Of a stretch of 64,000 nt of DNA, positions 39,123 to 48,503 are shown piece by piece. The notes under the pieces are model-generated. The model made no database searches. It worked only from the letters and a program-made list of their open reading frames with translations, and was not told the DNA's origin. The stretch's first letter is position 1. Each line of letters begins with the position of its first letter. The translations under genes and the position numbers were made by a program. Source of the stretch: Oscillibacter sp. (GTDB lineage: Bacteria; Bacillota; Clostridia; Oscillospirales; Oscillospiraceae); NCBI GenBank assembly GCA_017410185.1, contig JAFQRI010000101.1, positions 357 to 64,356 of the forward strand. Reading direction: 5' to 3'.

Positions 39123-40325
39123 TTATTTAGTGACATTACTATTTGCAAGAAGATACCGCTGCTCCTCCAGGCGGAGCGTTCCCTGCTCCACCATGCGCCG
39201 GAGCACAGGCCGGCACTGGGCGGGCGCGATGCGCAAAAGCCTTGCAATGTCCTGACGGTAGGCAAAGCCTTCTTTTTTAATATAGGAAAGGACGGTGCTC
39301 TCCTGTTCTTGCGGAGGCACCACCACTCCGGAGCGGTAGTATTTGAAGCCCACCCGGGTGAGCCTTCCCTGCTGCATCAGCCGCCGCAGCCGGCGGCTGA
39401 GGGCGGTGTCGGAAATGGAAAGGCTTTCCTGCGCCTCCCGGGCCGTTACGCCCCCCTCCCCGGCAAGAGTGAGGATCCGTCCATCCAGATCGTCCGCCTG
39501 ACGGAGCTGCCGCAGCCCCCGCAGCGTCAGGTCGTCCAATCCCTGGCGCACAAAGGCCTCCCGCACCATGCGGGAAAGTCTTGCCCGGTCATAAGGGCGG
39601 CCTGTGCGGGTGGAGAGCACCCAGCCTTCCTCCTGCCGCAGGCTCTCCAGCAGCTTTGCCGTTTTTCGATCCAACGAAACACTGCCCCGGGGCAGGCACA
39701 GCTCGCCCTCCGATACCTGTTCCCAGCGAAGAGCAAGGATCTCCTCCAGCCCCAGTTCCTGCCGCCATGCAAGGGCAATGGCGATACCGGCAGGAGTGGC
39801 CCCCTCCTTTTCCAGAAGGCGATCCACCGCAGCCGCCTTTGCCCGGGGCTCCCCCGCAGCCCGGGTGGACCCGCCTCCCAGAGCCCGCACTGCCGCAGCG
39901 CTCATGCCAAGGCTGCGGGAAACTTGCTGCCAGTCCTCCCCTGCAGCAAGGCGGCGCACCGCGCAGTCATTGCGCAGATCCGTAAGGCGCACATCCCCAA
40001 GCCCGCCTTCCGATAGGGCGGCGCGCGCCAGGTGAGAGATGGTCTGAGCATCCATGGCCTGCCCCGTCTTGCGGGAAAGGAGAACGGGCTCCTCCGCCCC
40101 GCCCGCCAGCGGCGAGAGGAACAGTGCCAGCTCCATGGGAATGACAGCACTTCTGTCCGGCAGGCGAAGCTTCCATTCCATCAGGTCTACCTGTCCCCAA
40201 AGAAGACTTTGGATCTCCTGCCGCCGCAGGCCCGCCTGCCAGGCAAGGCGCAAAATGACCCCCGCGGCACTTTCGCCGCAGCGGTGCAGCACAGCATGCA
40301 TGGCAGCTTCCTCCACAATGGGCAT
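39123..40325 (-). CDS. Tandem degenerate tyrosine-recombinase domains plus two winged-helix domains
   Basis: LAWQAGLRRQEI..L.W.QV and LAWRQELGLEEI.AL.W.QV repeats; TDLRN and RGLRQ replace HxLRH; two C-terminal wHTH-like segments. Confidence 0.75.
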   Translation of the reverse strand: MPIVEEAAMHAVLHRCGESAAGVILRLAWQAGLRRQEIQSLLWGQVDLMEWKLRLPDRSAVIPMELALFLSPLAGGAEEPVLLSRKTGQAMDAQTISHLARAALSEGGLGDVRLTDLRNDCAVRRLAAGEDWQQVSRSLGMSAAAVRALGGGSTRAAGEPRAKAAAVDRLLEKEGATPAGIAIALAWRQELGLEEILALRWEQVSEGELCLPRGSVSLDRKTAKLLESLRQEEGWVLSTRTGRPYDRARLSRMVREAFVRQGLDDLTLRGLRQLRQADDLDGRILTLAGEGGVTAREAQESLSISDTALSRRLRRLMQQGRLTRVGFKYYRSGVVVPPQEQESTVLSYIKKEGFAYRQDIARLLRIAPAQCRPVLRRMVEQGTLRLEEQRYLLANSNVTK

Positions 40326-40466
40326 AGACGTTCCTCCATATCACTTTTTTATATAAAATAACACATTTTTTACACTTTCGCAAGGCGCAGAATATCCTTG
40401 CATCCCGCCCGGTCTTAATTTATAATGTAAAGTTGCAATGAAATATTTTACTTGTGAGGTATCTCC

Positions 40467-41651
40467 ATGATGATCAACAACAACGAAATGTTCCTGCTGA
40501 AGCTGGGCGAGGTAGTGCTCAAGGGCCTGAACCGCCGCTCCTTCGAGGACCGCCTTCTCTCCAACACCCGCCGCCGCATGAAGAGCTGCGGCAACTTCAA
40601 CATTTATATGCGCCAGTCCACCATCTATGTGGAGCCCAAGGATGAGGACTGCGATCTCGAGGCCGCTTACGAAGCCTGCCAGCAGATCTTCGGCGTGGTG
40701 GCAGTGGCCCGGGCCCTGCCCTGCGAAAAGAATGTGGAGGCCATCGTGGAAACTGCCAAGGAATATCTGGCGGACGCTTTTGCCCAGGCCCGCACCTTCA
40801 AGGTGGAGAGCAAGCGGGCGGACAAGCACTTCTATCTCAACTCCATCCAGATCTCTCAGGCTGTGGGCGGCGAGCTGGCGGAGGCCTTCCCCCATGTGAG
40901 CGTGGACGTTCATAAGCCCGACCTCACCGTTTACGTGGAGATCCGGGAGAAGTTCGCCTATGTCCATGCCCCCTCCGTGCCCGGTGCGGGAGGACTCCCC
41001 ATCGGTACCGGCGGTCACGCGGTGAGCCTGCTCTCCGGCGGACTGGACTCCCCCGTTTCCAGCTGGATGATCGCCCGCCGGGGCGTGGAGCTGGAGATGG
41101 TGCACTTCGTTTCTCCCCCCTACACCTCCCAGCAGGCACAGGACAAGGTCATTGAGCTGGCCCGCCTCCTCACCGCCAGCTGCGGCCGCATGATCGTCCA
41201 CATCATCCCCTTCACTGAGATCCAGGAAGAGATCCGCAAAAACTGCCCCGAGGAGTTCTTCACCCTCATCATGCGCCGCTTTATGATGCGCATTGCCGAG
41301 GCTGTGGCCAAAAAGGCAGGCGCCAATGCTCTGGTCACCGGCGAGAGTCTTGGTCAGGTGGCAAGCCAGACCATGCTGTCCCTGGGCGTCACTGAGGCTG
41401 TGACCACCATACCTGTCCTTCGTCCCCTCATCGGCATGGACAAGGTGGAGATCATTCGCCTTGCCCGCCGCATCGGCACCTATGAGACCTCCATCCTCCC
41501 CTACGAGGATTGCTGCACCGTCTTCACCCCCCGTCACCCCTGCACCCGTCCCGTGCTGGCTGACATCGAGGCCGCCGAGGCTGTGCTGGATGTGGAGAGC
41601 CTTGTGGCCAAGGCTCTGGAGGGGGAGACCTGGGTTCGGGTGAAGCCCTGA
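40467..41651 (+). CDS. thiI: tRNA 4-thiouridine synthase
   Basis: GEVVLKGLNR, THUMP region, GGLP.G, LLSGGLDSPV, GQVASQT and PYEDCC motifs. Confidence 0.95.
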   Translation: MMINNNEMFLLKLGEVVLKGLNRRSFEDRLLSNTRRRMKSCGNFNIYMRQSTIYVEPKDEDCDLEAAYEACQQIFGVVAVARALPCEKNVEAIVETAKEYLADAFAQARTFKVESKRADKHFYLNSIQISQAVGGELAEAFPHVSVDVHKPDLTVYVEIREKFAYVHAPSVPGAGGLPIGTGGHAVSLLSGGLDSPVSSWMIARRGVELEMVHFVSPPYTSQQAQDKVIELARLLTASCGRMIVHIIPFTEIQEEIRKNCPEEFFTLIMRRFMMRIAEAVAKKAGANALVTGESLGQVASQTMLSLGVTEAVTTIPVLRPLIGMDKVEIIRLARRIGTYETSILPYEDCCTVFTPRHPCTRPVLADIEAAEAVLDVESLVAKALEGETWVRVKP

Positions 41652-42901
41652 TGACCGCCGAGATCATCGCCGTGGGCACGGAGCTGCTCACCGGCGCTGT
41701 CACCAACACTAATGCCCGGGAGATCTCCGAGGCCCTGCACGCCATCGGCATCACCGTGGGCTATCACACCACCGTGGGGGATGATCCCCGTGCCCTGCGC
41801 TCCGCCCTCGCCGCCGCACGGGAGCGGGCAGAGATCCTCATCACCACCGGCGGCCTTGGCCCCACCTATGACGATGTGACCAAGGACATCCTCTGCGATG
41901 TTTTTGAGCAAAAACTGGAGTTTCACGAAGAGGTGGCGGAAAAGATCCGCGCCTTTTACGAAACCTCCCTCCACACCCCTATGCCGGAAAATAATCTGCG
42001 CCTCGCATGGCTCCCCGTGGGCTGCGCTGTGTTTGACAATCCCGTGGGCACCGCGGCAGGCTGCGCCTTTGAAGAGGGCGGCGTGCATATAGTGATGCTG
42101 CCCGGCCCGCCTTACGAGATGCGCACCATGCTCCACGCTCATGCAATTCCCTACCTGCGGGGGCTTTCCCATGAAGTCACCCTCTCCCATGATCTGATGA
42201 CCTTCGGCATCCGGGAATCCCGAATCGACGAGCTGCTCCATGACCGCATGGCTTCCATGACCAACCCAACCCTTGCCCCCTATGCAAAGCCCTCGGAGGT
42301 CTGCGTGCGCTCCACTGCCCATGCTGCCTCTGCCCAAGAGGCCGAGGCGCTGCTCCGCCCTGTTCTGGAGGAAGTACGGCGCATCCTTGGCGATTTCGTT
42401 TACGGAATGGACGTTGCCTCTCTGCCGGAAGCGTGCTTCCATCTGCTGAAGGAGCAGGGGCTGACCTTTGCCACCGCCGAAAGCTGCACCGGCGGCATGA
42501 TCGCCCAGAAGATCACCGCCTTTCCCGGCTCTTCCGCCGTATACCGCGGCGGCGTTGTGAGCTACTGGTCAGAGGTGAAGCGGGACGCACTGGACGTTCC
42601 GTGGGAGATCATAGAGAAATTCGGCGCTGTGTCCGATCCCTGTGCCCGGGCCATGGCAGAGGGTGCAAGACGGCTGACCGGCGCTGATCTTGCCGTATCC
42701 GTCACCGGCGTTGCGGGGCCGGACAGCGACGAGCGGGGCAATCCCGTGGGTCTGGTGTATATCGCCCTTGCCGCAAAGGAAGGGACCTGGTGCCGCAAAA
42801 CGGAAAACGGAAACCGCCGCCGGGATCTGATCCGGGAGGTTTCCGTCAATCACGCATATGATATGATCCGCCGGTATCTCACCGACCTTCCCATCGAATA
42901 A
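41651..42901 (+). CDS. cinA: Competence/damage-inducible protein A (with NMN deamidase domain)
   Basis: AVGTELL.G...NTN, GGLGPT.DD.T, AESCTGG and TGVAGP motifs. Confidence 0.93.
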   Translation: MTAEIIAVGTELLTGAVTNTNAREISEALHAIGITVGYHTTVGDDPRALRSALAAARERAEILITTGGLGPTYDDVTKDILCDVFEQKLEFHEEVAEKIRAFYETSLHTPMPENNLRLAWLPVGCAVFDNPVGTAAGCAFEEGGVHIVMLPGPPYEMRTMLHAHAIPYLRGLSHEVTLSHDLMTFGIRESRIDELLHDRMASMTNPTLAPYAKPSEVCVRSTAHAASAQEAEALLRPVLEEVRRILGDFVYGMDVASLPEACFHLLKEQGLTFATAESCTGGMIAQKITAFPGSSAVYRGGVVSYWSEVKRDALDVPWEIIEKFGAVSDPCARAMAEGARRLTGADLAVSVTGVAGPDSDERGNPVGLVYIALAAKEGTWCRKTENGNRRRDLIREVSVNHAYDMIRRYLTDLPIE

Positions 42902-42933
42902 GCTTTCCGGACGGCTGCCGCCGTCCGGATTTT

Positions 42934-43667
42934 TCATCCCAGCGCCACATCCATGGCCATCATCAGTAAAAAGCCCGCTATGTATCCCCATGTGCCGCCC
43001 GGCTGTGGGCCTGAGGGATCAGCTCCTCCGCCACCACATAGAGCATAGCGCCTGCCGCAAAGCTCAAAAGCCACGGCATTATCGGCGTTGCCGCAGCGGC
43101 AAAAAGCACCACCGCCACGCCGAAGAGCGGCTCCACGATACCAGAAAGCATCCCGGTGACAAAGGCGCTCTTTCGGCCCCTCTCCACCAGAGGCAGCGCC
43201 ACCGCCGCGCCCTCCGGAAAATTCTGCAGTCCCACTCCCAGAGCAAGGGCTGCGGCGCCGCCGACCCCTTCTCCCTGAGCCGCCAGAGCGCAGGCAAGGC
43301 CCACTGCCATTCCCTCCGGGATGTTATGGAGGGTAATGGCGGCGATCATCAATGTTCCGCCGCTGCGCTGCCTTGACCGCAGCCATTCCTCCAGCAGGGC
43401 CAGAAATCCCGCCCCCACCGCCAGCCCTGCCGCCGCAGGGATCCACCCCGGCAGCCCCAGAGCTTCCGCCCGGTCAATGGATGGCAATAGCAGGCTCCAC
43501 ACCGAAGCTGCCGTCATCACTCCCGCCGCAAAACCCAGCAGCGGCCGCTGCCACCGCCCCTGTCCGCCGCTTTGGAAGCAAAACACCGTGCCCGCTCCCA
43601 AAGTGGTCATCATAAAAGTAAAAAGGGTGCCAAGGGCTGCCCAAACCAGCGCTCTTCCCATCACCAT
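42934..43667 (-). pseudogene. ZIP-family metal transporter with a frameshift near the C-terminus
   Basis: FAAGVM, TLHNIPEG, QNFPEG and AAGAMLYVV.EELIP motifs. The reading frame stops at 42978, while the terminal helix GTWGYIAGFLLMMAMDVALG* continues in another frame to 42934. Confidence 0.8.
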
Positions 43668-43797
43668 CCGCCTTTCTTTCAGCTGCTGTCTATCCAGTAT
43701 AGGCGGCAACGGCTTTTCCGGTGCAGAATGCTCCTTGCCACAGGGGAAAATTTCTGATATAACAGAAGCATAAATTCAAAAAAGCGAGGAAATTTTT

Positions 43798-45066
43798 ATG
43801 TCTTTGCGTATTTTACGAGGCACAATCGTTTCCGCCCCCGCTCTCGGTGAGCTGGACGCGCTGGAAGACGGTTTTCTTGTGGCAGAGGATGGCGTGATCC
43901 AGGGCGTTTATGAAACCCTGCCTCCCCAGTATGCCGCCGCAGAGGTGGAGGACTGGAGCGGGCATCTGATCCTGCAGTCCTTCTCCGATATGCACCTCCA
44001 CGCCCCCCAGTATCCCATGCTGGGCATGGGGCTGGATATGCCTTTGATGGACTGGCTGGTGGCCTATCCCTTCCCTCTGGAAGCCAAATATACCGACACC
44101 GACTTTGCCCGCAGAGTCTATTCCAAGCTGGCAAAGGATCTGGTGGAGCGGGGCACCACCCGTGTGTGCATTTTCTCCTCCCTCCATCGGGAGTCTACTC
44201 TGGTTTTGATGGAGGAGCTGGAAAAGGCCGGCATCATCGGCTATGCCGGCAAGGTGAATATGGACCGCAGCATGGTGGATTACCTCAGCGAGACCACGGA
44301 GGAATCCAAGCGGGAGACACTGCAGTGGCTGGAGGATTCCAAACGCTTTACCAACATCCGCCCCATGATCACCCCCCGCTTCACCCCCTCCTGCACTGAT
44401 GAGCTGATGTACTTCCTGGGGGATCTGGTGAAGAAATACGACCTCCCTGTGCAGTCTCACCTGTCGGAAAACGATGCGGAGATCGAAACCGTTCTCGCCC
44501 TCTGCCCTGACTGTGAGCATTATTGGGAGTCCTACGCTAAGCGAGGTCTCTGGACGGACCGCACCCTCATGGCCCACTGTGTCTGGTCTAACGAGCAGGA
44601 ACGCCGCGCCATGAAGGACCACGGCGTCACAGTGGTCCACTGCGGCGATTCCAACTGGGACCTTTGCTCCGGCACTGCCCCTGTGCGGGATATGCTGAAC
44701 GAGGGCGTGAAGGTGTGCCTTGGCAGCGACTGTGCCGGCGGCGACAACATTGATATGTTCCACTCTGTGGTGGCTGCCATCCGCGCCTCCAAAGTGCGCC
44801 ATTTGATGGACAACAAGCAGACCGCCTTCCTCACCGTGGCAGAAGCATGGTATCTGGCCGTCTCCGCCCCCAACGAGTTCTTTGGGGAAAAGCCGGGCTT
44901 TGCTCCCGGCAACCGCCTGGGCGCCATGATCCTTGCAGACGATGAGGAGCTTGCCCCTTATCCGCTGGACGCCAAAAAACGTCTGGAGCGGGCCGTCTAC
45001 CGCCGCCAGAAAAACTGCATCCGCGCCGTATACAGCGGCGAAAAGAAGATCTTTGCCGCCGAATAA
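43798..45066 (+). CDS. Guanine deaminase-like amidohydrolase
   Basis: DMHLHAPQY, GKVNMDR, ITPRF.PSC, QSHLSEN, MAHC and LGSD motifs. Confidence 0.88.
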   Translation: MSLRILRGTIVSAPALGELDALEDGFLVAEDGVIQGVYETLPPQYAAAEVEDWSGHLILQSFSDMHLHAPQYPMLGMGLDMPLMDWLVAYPFPLEAKYTDTDFARRVYSKLAKDLVERGTTRVCIFSSLHRESTLVLMEELEKAGIIGYAGKVNMDRSMVDYLSETTEESKRETLQWLEDSKRFTNIRPMITPRFTPSCTDELMYFLGDLVKKYDLPVQSHLSENDAEIETVLALCPDCEHYWESYAKRGLWTDRTLMAHCVWSNEQERRAMKDHGVTVVHCGDSNWDLCSGTAPVRDMLNEGVKVCLGSDCAGGDNIDMFHSVVAAIRASKVRHLMDNKQTAFLTVAEAWYLAVSAPNEFFGEKPGFAPGNRLGAMILADDEELAPYPLDAKKRLERAVYRRQKNCIRAVYSGEKKIFAAE

Positions 45067-45866
45067 GCAAAAAAAGAAGAGCCGGTTCGGCCAATGTCAT
45101 TAAGTTGAACTGAAACACAGCCGCTAAGGAGTAAGAAATGACCATTCTGTGCCTTAACGGCTGTGTCATTTTGGGGTGCATTATTTAGCTAACTTCAATT
45201 TTCCTGATTCCTTTTGAATTTGCGCAGTGTGAATAACCGGTTCCCTTACCGCACTTTACATAATTCTAAAGTTAGTATATCCCTTAGCTAAACACTGGGG
45301 CAAACTATTACAGGGTGCTGTTTCGTACGCCGAATGCCTTGCACTCTGAAAGTAAAAGGTTTCGTAGGATTTGTCTACCGTGTAGCCGCATAACAAAAAA
45401 GAGAGGGGCGGGGGGAGCAACCTCCGCCCCTCAACGCATTTATTTTTTCACCCCCCTGTTTTTTGGCAGATAAAACGCGCGTTTTCAGAAAAATAAATGC
45501 CGCCTTATCTTAACAGGCCGAAAAAATCACCATGACAGTAACTGTCTTGTGACAAATCGCAACAAGCATTGGAAAAACAATAGAAATTGGCCTGTTTCTA
45601 AACCGACAACAATAGTAAATGCTATCTTCAAAAAATCAACCTGTCTTGTTTATGTTGAAAAAATGACCGAGATGAATCATTGACAGGTGGGCGTTTTATG
45701 CGAAAAATCCGTTCTAAATCGGTGTTAAGTTAAGAATAGAAACGGTATATCAACAAGTCTGTGGCATGTATCAAAAATCGGTGGCAAACACGCAAACGAC
45801 TGAGATATTTCGAAAATCAACTAGTCGATGTTACGAGTAAAAAAATCAGATAGAATCTAAACATTC

Positions 45867-45926
45867 ATGACAGAGCTTTGCGATGCGATGTATGAGGAAC
45901 TTCCCGCACCAAAGAAAAAGAAGTAA
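45867..45926 (+). pseudogene. C-terminal remnant resembling TfoX-family proteins
   Basis: MTELCDAMYEELPAPKKKK*, preceded by an in-frame stop. Confidence 0.4.
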
Positions 45927-45956
45927 AGCGACTTAATTCAATACGGCTCCACGCAC

Positions 45957-46011
45957 TTTTAACGATAAACATTAAAAATATATTGACAAACATTAAATCA
46001 AAGGCTACACT
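45957..46011 (+). promoter_or_regulatory. Promoter and dyad operator for the DUF2975/HTH pair
   Basis: TTGACA-17-TACACT (45983-46011) with an upstream TTTTAACGATAAACATTAAAA dyad. Confidence 0.65.
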
Positions 46012-46043
46012 TATACCAACAAATCAATCTGGAGGTATGAGTG

Positions 46044-46601
46044 ATGAAAGGTGTTAACAAGTTCGGCATAGTCATTACTAAAGTTTTGGAGATTTTCCAT
46101 TGGGTTGGTGTTGCACTCATGGCAGCGGCTACTGTTTGCTCTGTTGCTGCGCCGAACTGGGTAAAGTACTTTGTGGGTTTTGATGCGAAAGATTGTTGTG
46201 GCGCAAATCTTGAGGTATACGGATTTGAGGTTAATGCTCCTGTCGTCAACGGAAATGCAGATATGACTTGTTTCATGCTTTTTGGAATTGGAGCAATCAT
46301 CATTCTGTCGGTTATGGCGATGGTGTTTCGCAATTTGCATCTGATTCTCAAGAAATCTCAAAATGCAACTCCCTTCCAAACGGATAATATCCGCATGATG
46401 CGGGAAATCGGTATTTTTGCGATTGCCGTTCCTGTAATTGGTCTTATTATGAGCACCATTGTTCGTCTGGTAACTGGTGTGGAAACAGCAGAAATCAGTA
46501 TTGATACAGCAGGTATCTTCATGGGGATCATCGTTCTGTGTCTTACACAGTTCTTTGTTCACGGCGCTGAACTTGAAAAAGATGTAGATGGATTGCTGTG
46601 A
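46044..46601 (+). CDS. DUF2975-like membrane protein
   Basis: Four TM helices, TPF..DNI and the ending F..G.EL..DVDGLL; followed by an HTH gene. An alternative GTG start is at 46041. Confidence 0.8.
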   Translation: MKGVNKFGIVITKVLEIFHWVGVALMAAATVCSVAAPNWVKYFVGFDAKDCCGANLEVYGFEVNAPVVNGNADMTCFMLFGIGAIIILSVMAMVFRNLHLILKKSQNATPFQTDNIRMMREIGIFAIAVPVIGLIMSTIVRLVTGVETAEISIDTAGIFMGIIVLCLTQFFVHGAELEKDVDGLL

Positions 46602-46611
46602 GGAAGTTGCT

Positions 46612-46821
46612 ATGGGCAAAATAGTTCTCCGCTTGGATAGAATGATGGTGGAGCGTAAAATCTCCTTGAACGAACTGGCCGAGCGAGTTGGCATTTCCAA
46701 TGTTAATCTTTCTAAAATCAAAAATAACAAAGTAACTGCCATTCGTTTTTCCACACTTGCAGCAATTTGCGAAGTACTCGAATGTGATGCAGGAGATATT
46801 CTGGAATATCAAAAAGACTAA
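46612..46821 (+). CDS. Cro/C1-type (YozG-like) HTH regulator
   Basis: IVLRLDRMMVERKISLNELAERVGIS.VNLS.IK..K..AIRFSTL..IC..L.C..GDILEY. Confidence 0.9.
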   Translation: MGKIVLRLDRMMVERKISLNELAERVGISNVNLSKIKNNKVTAIRFSTLAAICEVLECDAGDILEYQKD

Positions 46822-46904
46822 TCAATTGGTATTTGCCGTGCCATTGAAAATGCTTTAAAAATGAAAAAATACACTTCCTTCTTTGCTGGTAAATTTGAAA
46901 AACA

Positions 46905-46942
46905 AAAAATGCTCACCTCGAAATTCGGGGTGAGCATTTTTT
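46905..46942 (+). terminator. Terminator just inside the cassette's right end
   Basis: AAAAAATGCTCACCTCGAA-A-TTCGGGGTGAGCATTTTTT. Confidence 0.8.
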
Positions 46943-47001
46943 CACGGACAAGGATCAACTTAACTTAATGACATTGGCCGGTTCGGCTCTTCTTTTTTTG
47001 C

Positions 47002-47847
47002 TTAAAATCCAACGATCAGTCCCTGATCCATGGCGTAGAAACTGCAAAGGCCCCGTGTGGGGATCAGCTCCACGCTCTTTACCGGCAGCTCCTTCAAAAT
47101 CAGCTCCCGCAGCCGCTGCGCGCCGTCAGGATTGTTGCAGTGGGCAATGATGACCTCCGCTCCGGAGGGATCCTTTGCCTCCCTCATGAGCTTCACCATG
47201 CGCTCAAAGGTCTTTTTCTCGCCTCTGGCCTTGTCCCGCACCCGGATCACGCCCTCGGGGGCTGCATCCGCGATGACATGGATGCCCAGCGACTGCAGCA
47301 ATGTTCCCACAAGGGGCTTCATGCGTCCGTTTTTCACCAGATTATCAAAATTCTCCAGCGTAAACACCGTTTCCAAAGACTGCTGATAGTCATACAAGGT
47401 CTTTTCAAGCTCCTCAAAATCCCGCTCGGGATCCTCTTCGATCAGCGCCTTGGCCTTGCGCAGGATCAAAACCTCCTCGCCGGCGGTGGCAAAGGAGTCG
47501 ATAATGGCGATCTTCTTCTCCGGAAACTCCTCCAGCACCATCTCCCGCCCAAGGCAGGCGGCATTATAGGTTCCGGAAAGATTCTGGGAAATGGTGGTGC
47601 AGATGGTGCGGTCCGCCTTGCGAAACACCTCCGCAAAGGCCTCCGGTGAGGGGCAGGCCGTGCCGCTGGGTCCCTTTTCCGCAGCCATCGCCTGCAAAAG
47701 AACAGAGATATCCAGCTCTGCAGTGTCCCAGAATTCCTTCTCGCCCACCCGCAAACACAGAGGCACCACCTCAAAATCAGCCACAGGGCTTGTCAGCTGC
47801 CCGGTGATCAGGTCGCTGGAGCTGTCACTTACCAATTTCCATGTCAT
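47002..47847 (-). CDS. DegV-family fatty-acid-binding protein
   Basis: VSDSSSD, TACPSP, IS..LSGTYNAA, IDS and LVKNGR motifs. Confidence 0.92.
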   Translation of the reverse strand: MTWKLVSDSSSDLITGQLTSPVADFEVVPLCLRVGEKEFWDTAELDISVLLQAMAAEKGPSGTACPSPEAFAEVFRKADRTICTTISQNLSGTYNAACLGREMVLEEFPEKKIAIIDSFATAGEEVLILRKAKALIEEDPERDFEELEKTLYDYQQSLETVFTLENFDNLVKNGRMKPLVGTLLQSLGIHVIADAAPEGVIRVRDKARGEKKTFERMVKLMREAKDPSGAEVIIAHCNNPDGAQRLRELILKELPVKSVELIPTRGLCSFYAMDQGLIVGF

Positions 47848-48059
47848 GTCAGATACCCCTCAATATGGTTTCGAAAACTATATTTATAAGATAAGGATAT
47901 CCCTGTTATACCAATTTGTCAACAAAAATTTACGGATTCTGAACATCCTCTCCTTTTTGCAAGGTCTCCTCTCCTGTCCGTTGACATCCGTCTCTTATTG
48001 TGCTACCATAAAACTGTTTTTTTGAAAACTGTTTTCCAAAATACTACCTGGAGGTTTTT

Positions 48060-48503
48060 ATGCCTGCTACCCGCCTGCTTTTATTTTTTAAAGACTTTAC
48101 CCAATACTATGACCGCCGTTTCCTCCCCCTGACCGCCGAGTACGGTCTTTCCATGCGGGAGATGCATGTGCTGCTCTTTCTCGCCAATCACCCCTGCTAT
48201 GATACCGCCCGGGATATCTGCGAATATCGGGGCATTTCCAAATCCCAAGTCTCTCAGGCGGTGGATTTCCTCTCGGAGATCGGTTTTCTGACCCGTGAAA
48301 CCGATTCGGAAGATCGCCGCGTCATCCACCTGCATCTTACTCACGCTGGACGGACTGTTGCGGAAAAGGGACAGGTCATTCAGTGTGAGTGCATGAGTGA
48401 GTTGCTTTCCGGCATGGATGATGAACAGCTCCTCCAGATCAAAGCGCTGTGGGAGATCATCCTCTCCAATGGAGAGCGCCTTGCAAAGGAGGCCGGTGAA
48501 TGA
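48060..48503 (+). CDS. MarR-family regulator
   Basis: DTARDI....ISKSQVS.AV..L...GFL.R..D.EDRR. AAACTGTTTT is repeated just upstream of a TTGACA-17-TACCAT promoter's transcription start region. Confidence 0.9.
   Translation: MPATRLLLFFKDFTQYYDRRFLPLTAEYGLSMREMHVLLFLANHPCYDTARDICEYRGISKSQVSQAVDFLSEIGFLTRETDSEDRRVIHLHLTHAGRTVAEKGQVIQCECMSELLSGMDDEQLLQIKALWEIILSNGERLAKEAGE

Larger units (their letters stand above)
45092..46976. mobile_element. Non-autonomous IS4-like mobile insertion cassette (1,885 bp)
   Basis: Perfect 15-bp TIRs CAATGTCATTAAGTT (45092-45106 and 46962-46976); 11-bp direct repeat GCCGGTTCGGC at 45081-45091 and 46977-46987; AT-rich interior; no transposase ORF. Confidence 0.82.

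Noticed and set aside
39123-40325. Active integrase, prophage boundary or S-layer promoter invertase
   Set aside because: Catalytic residues are missing, and no att repeats or inverted repeats flanking the S-layer promoter were found.
45064-47004. Invertible segment bounded by 43-bp inverted repeats
   Set aside because: It is better explained as a split terminator plus IS-type TIRs, because the central GTT is in direct orientation and forms part of an 11-bp duplication.
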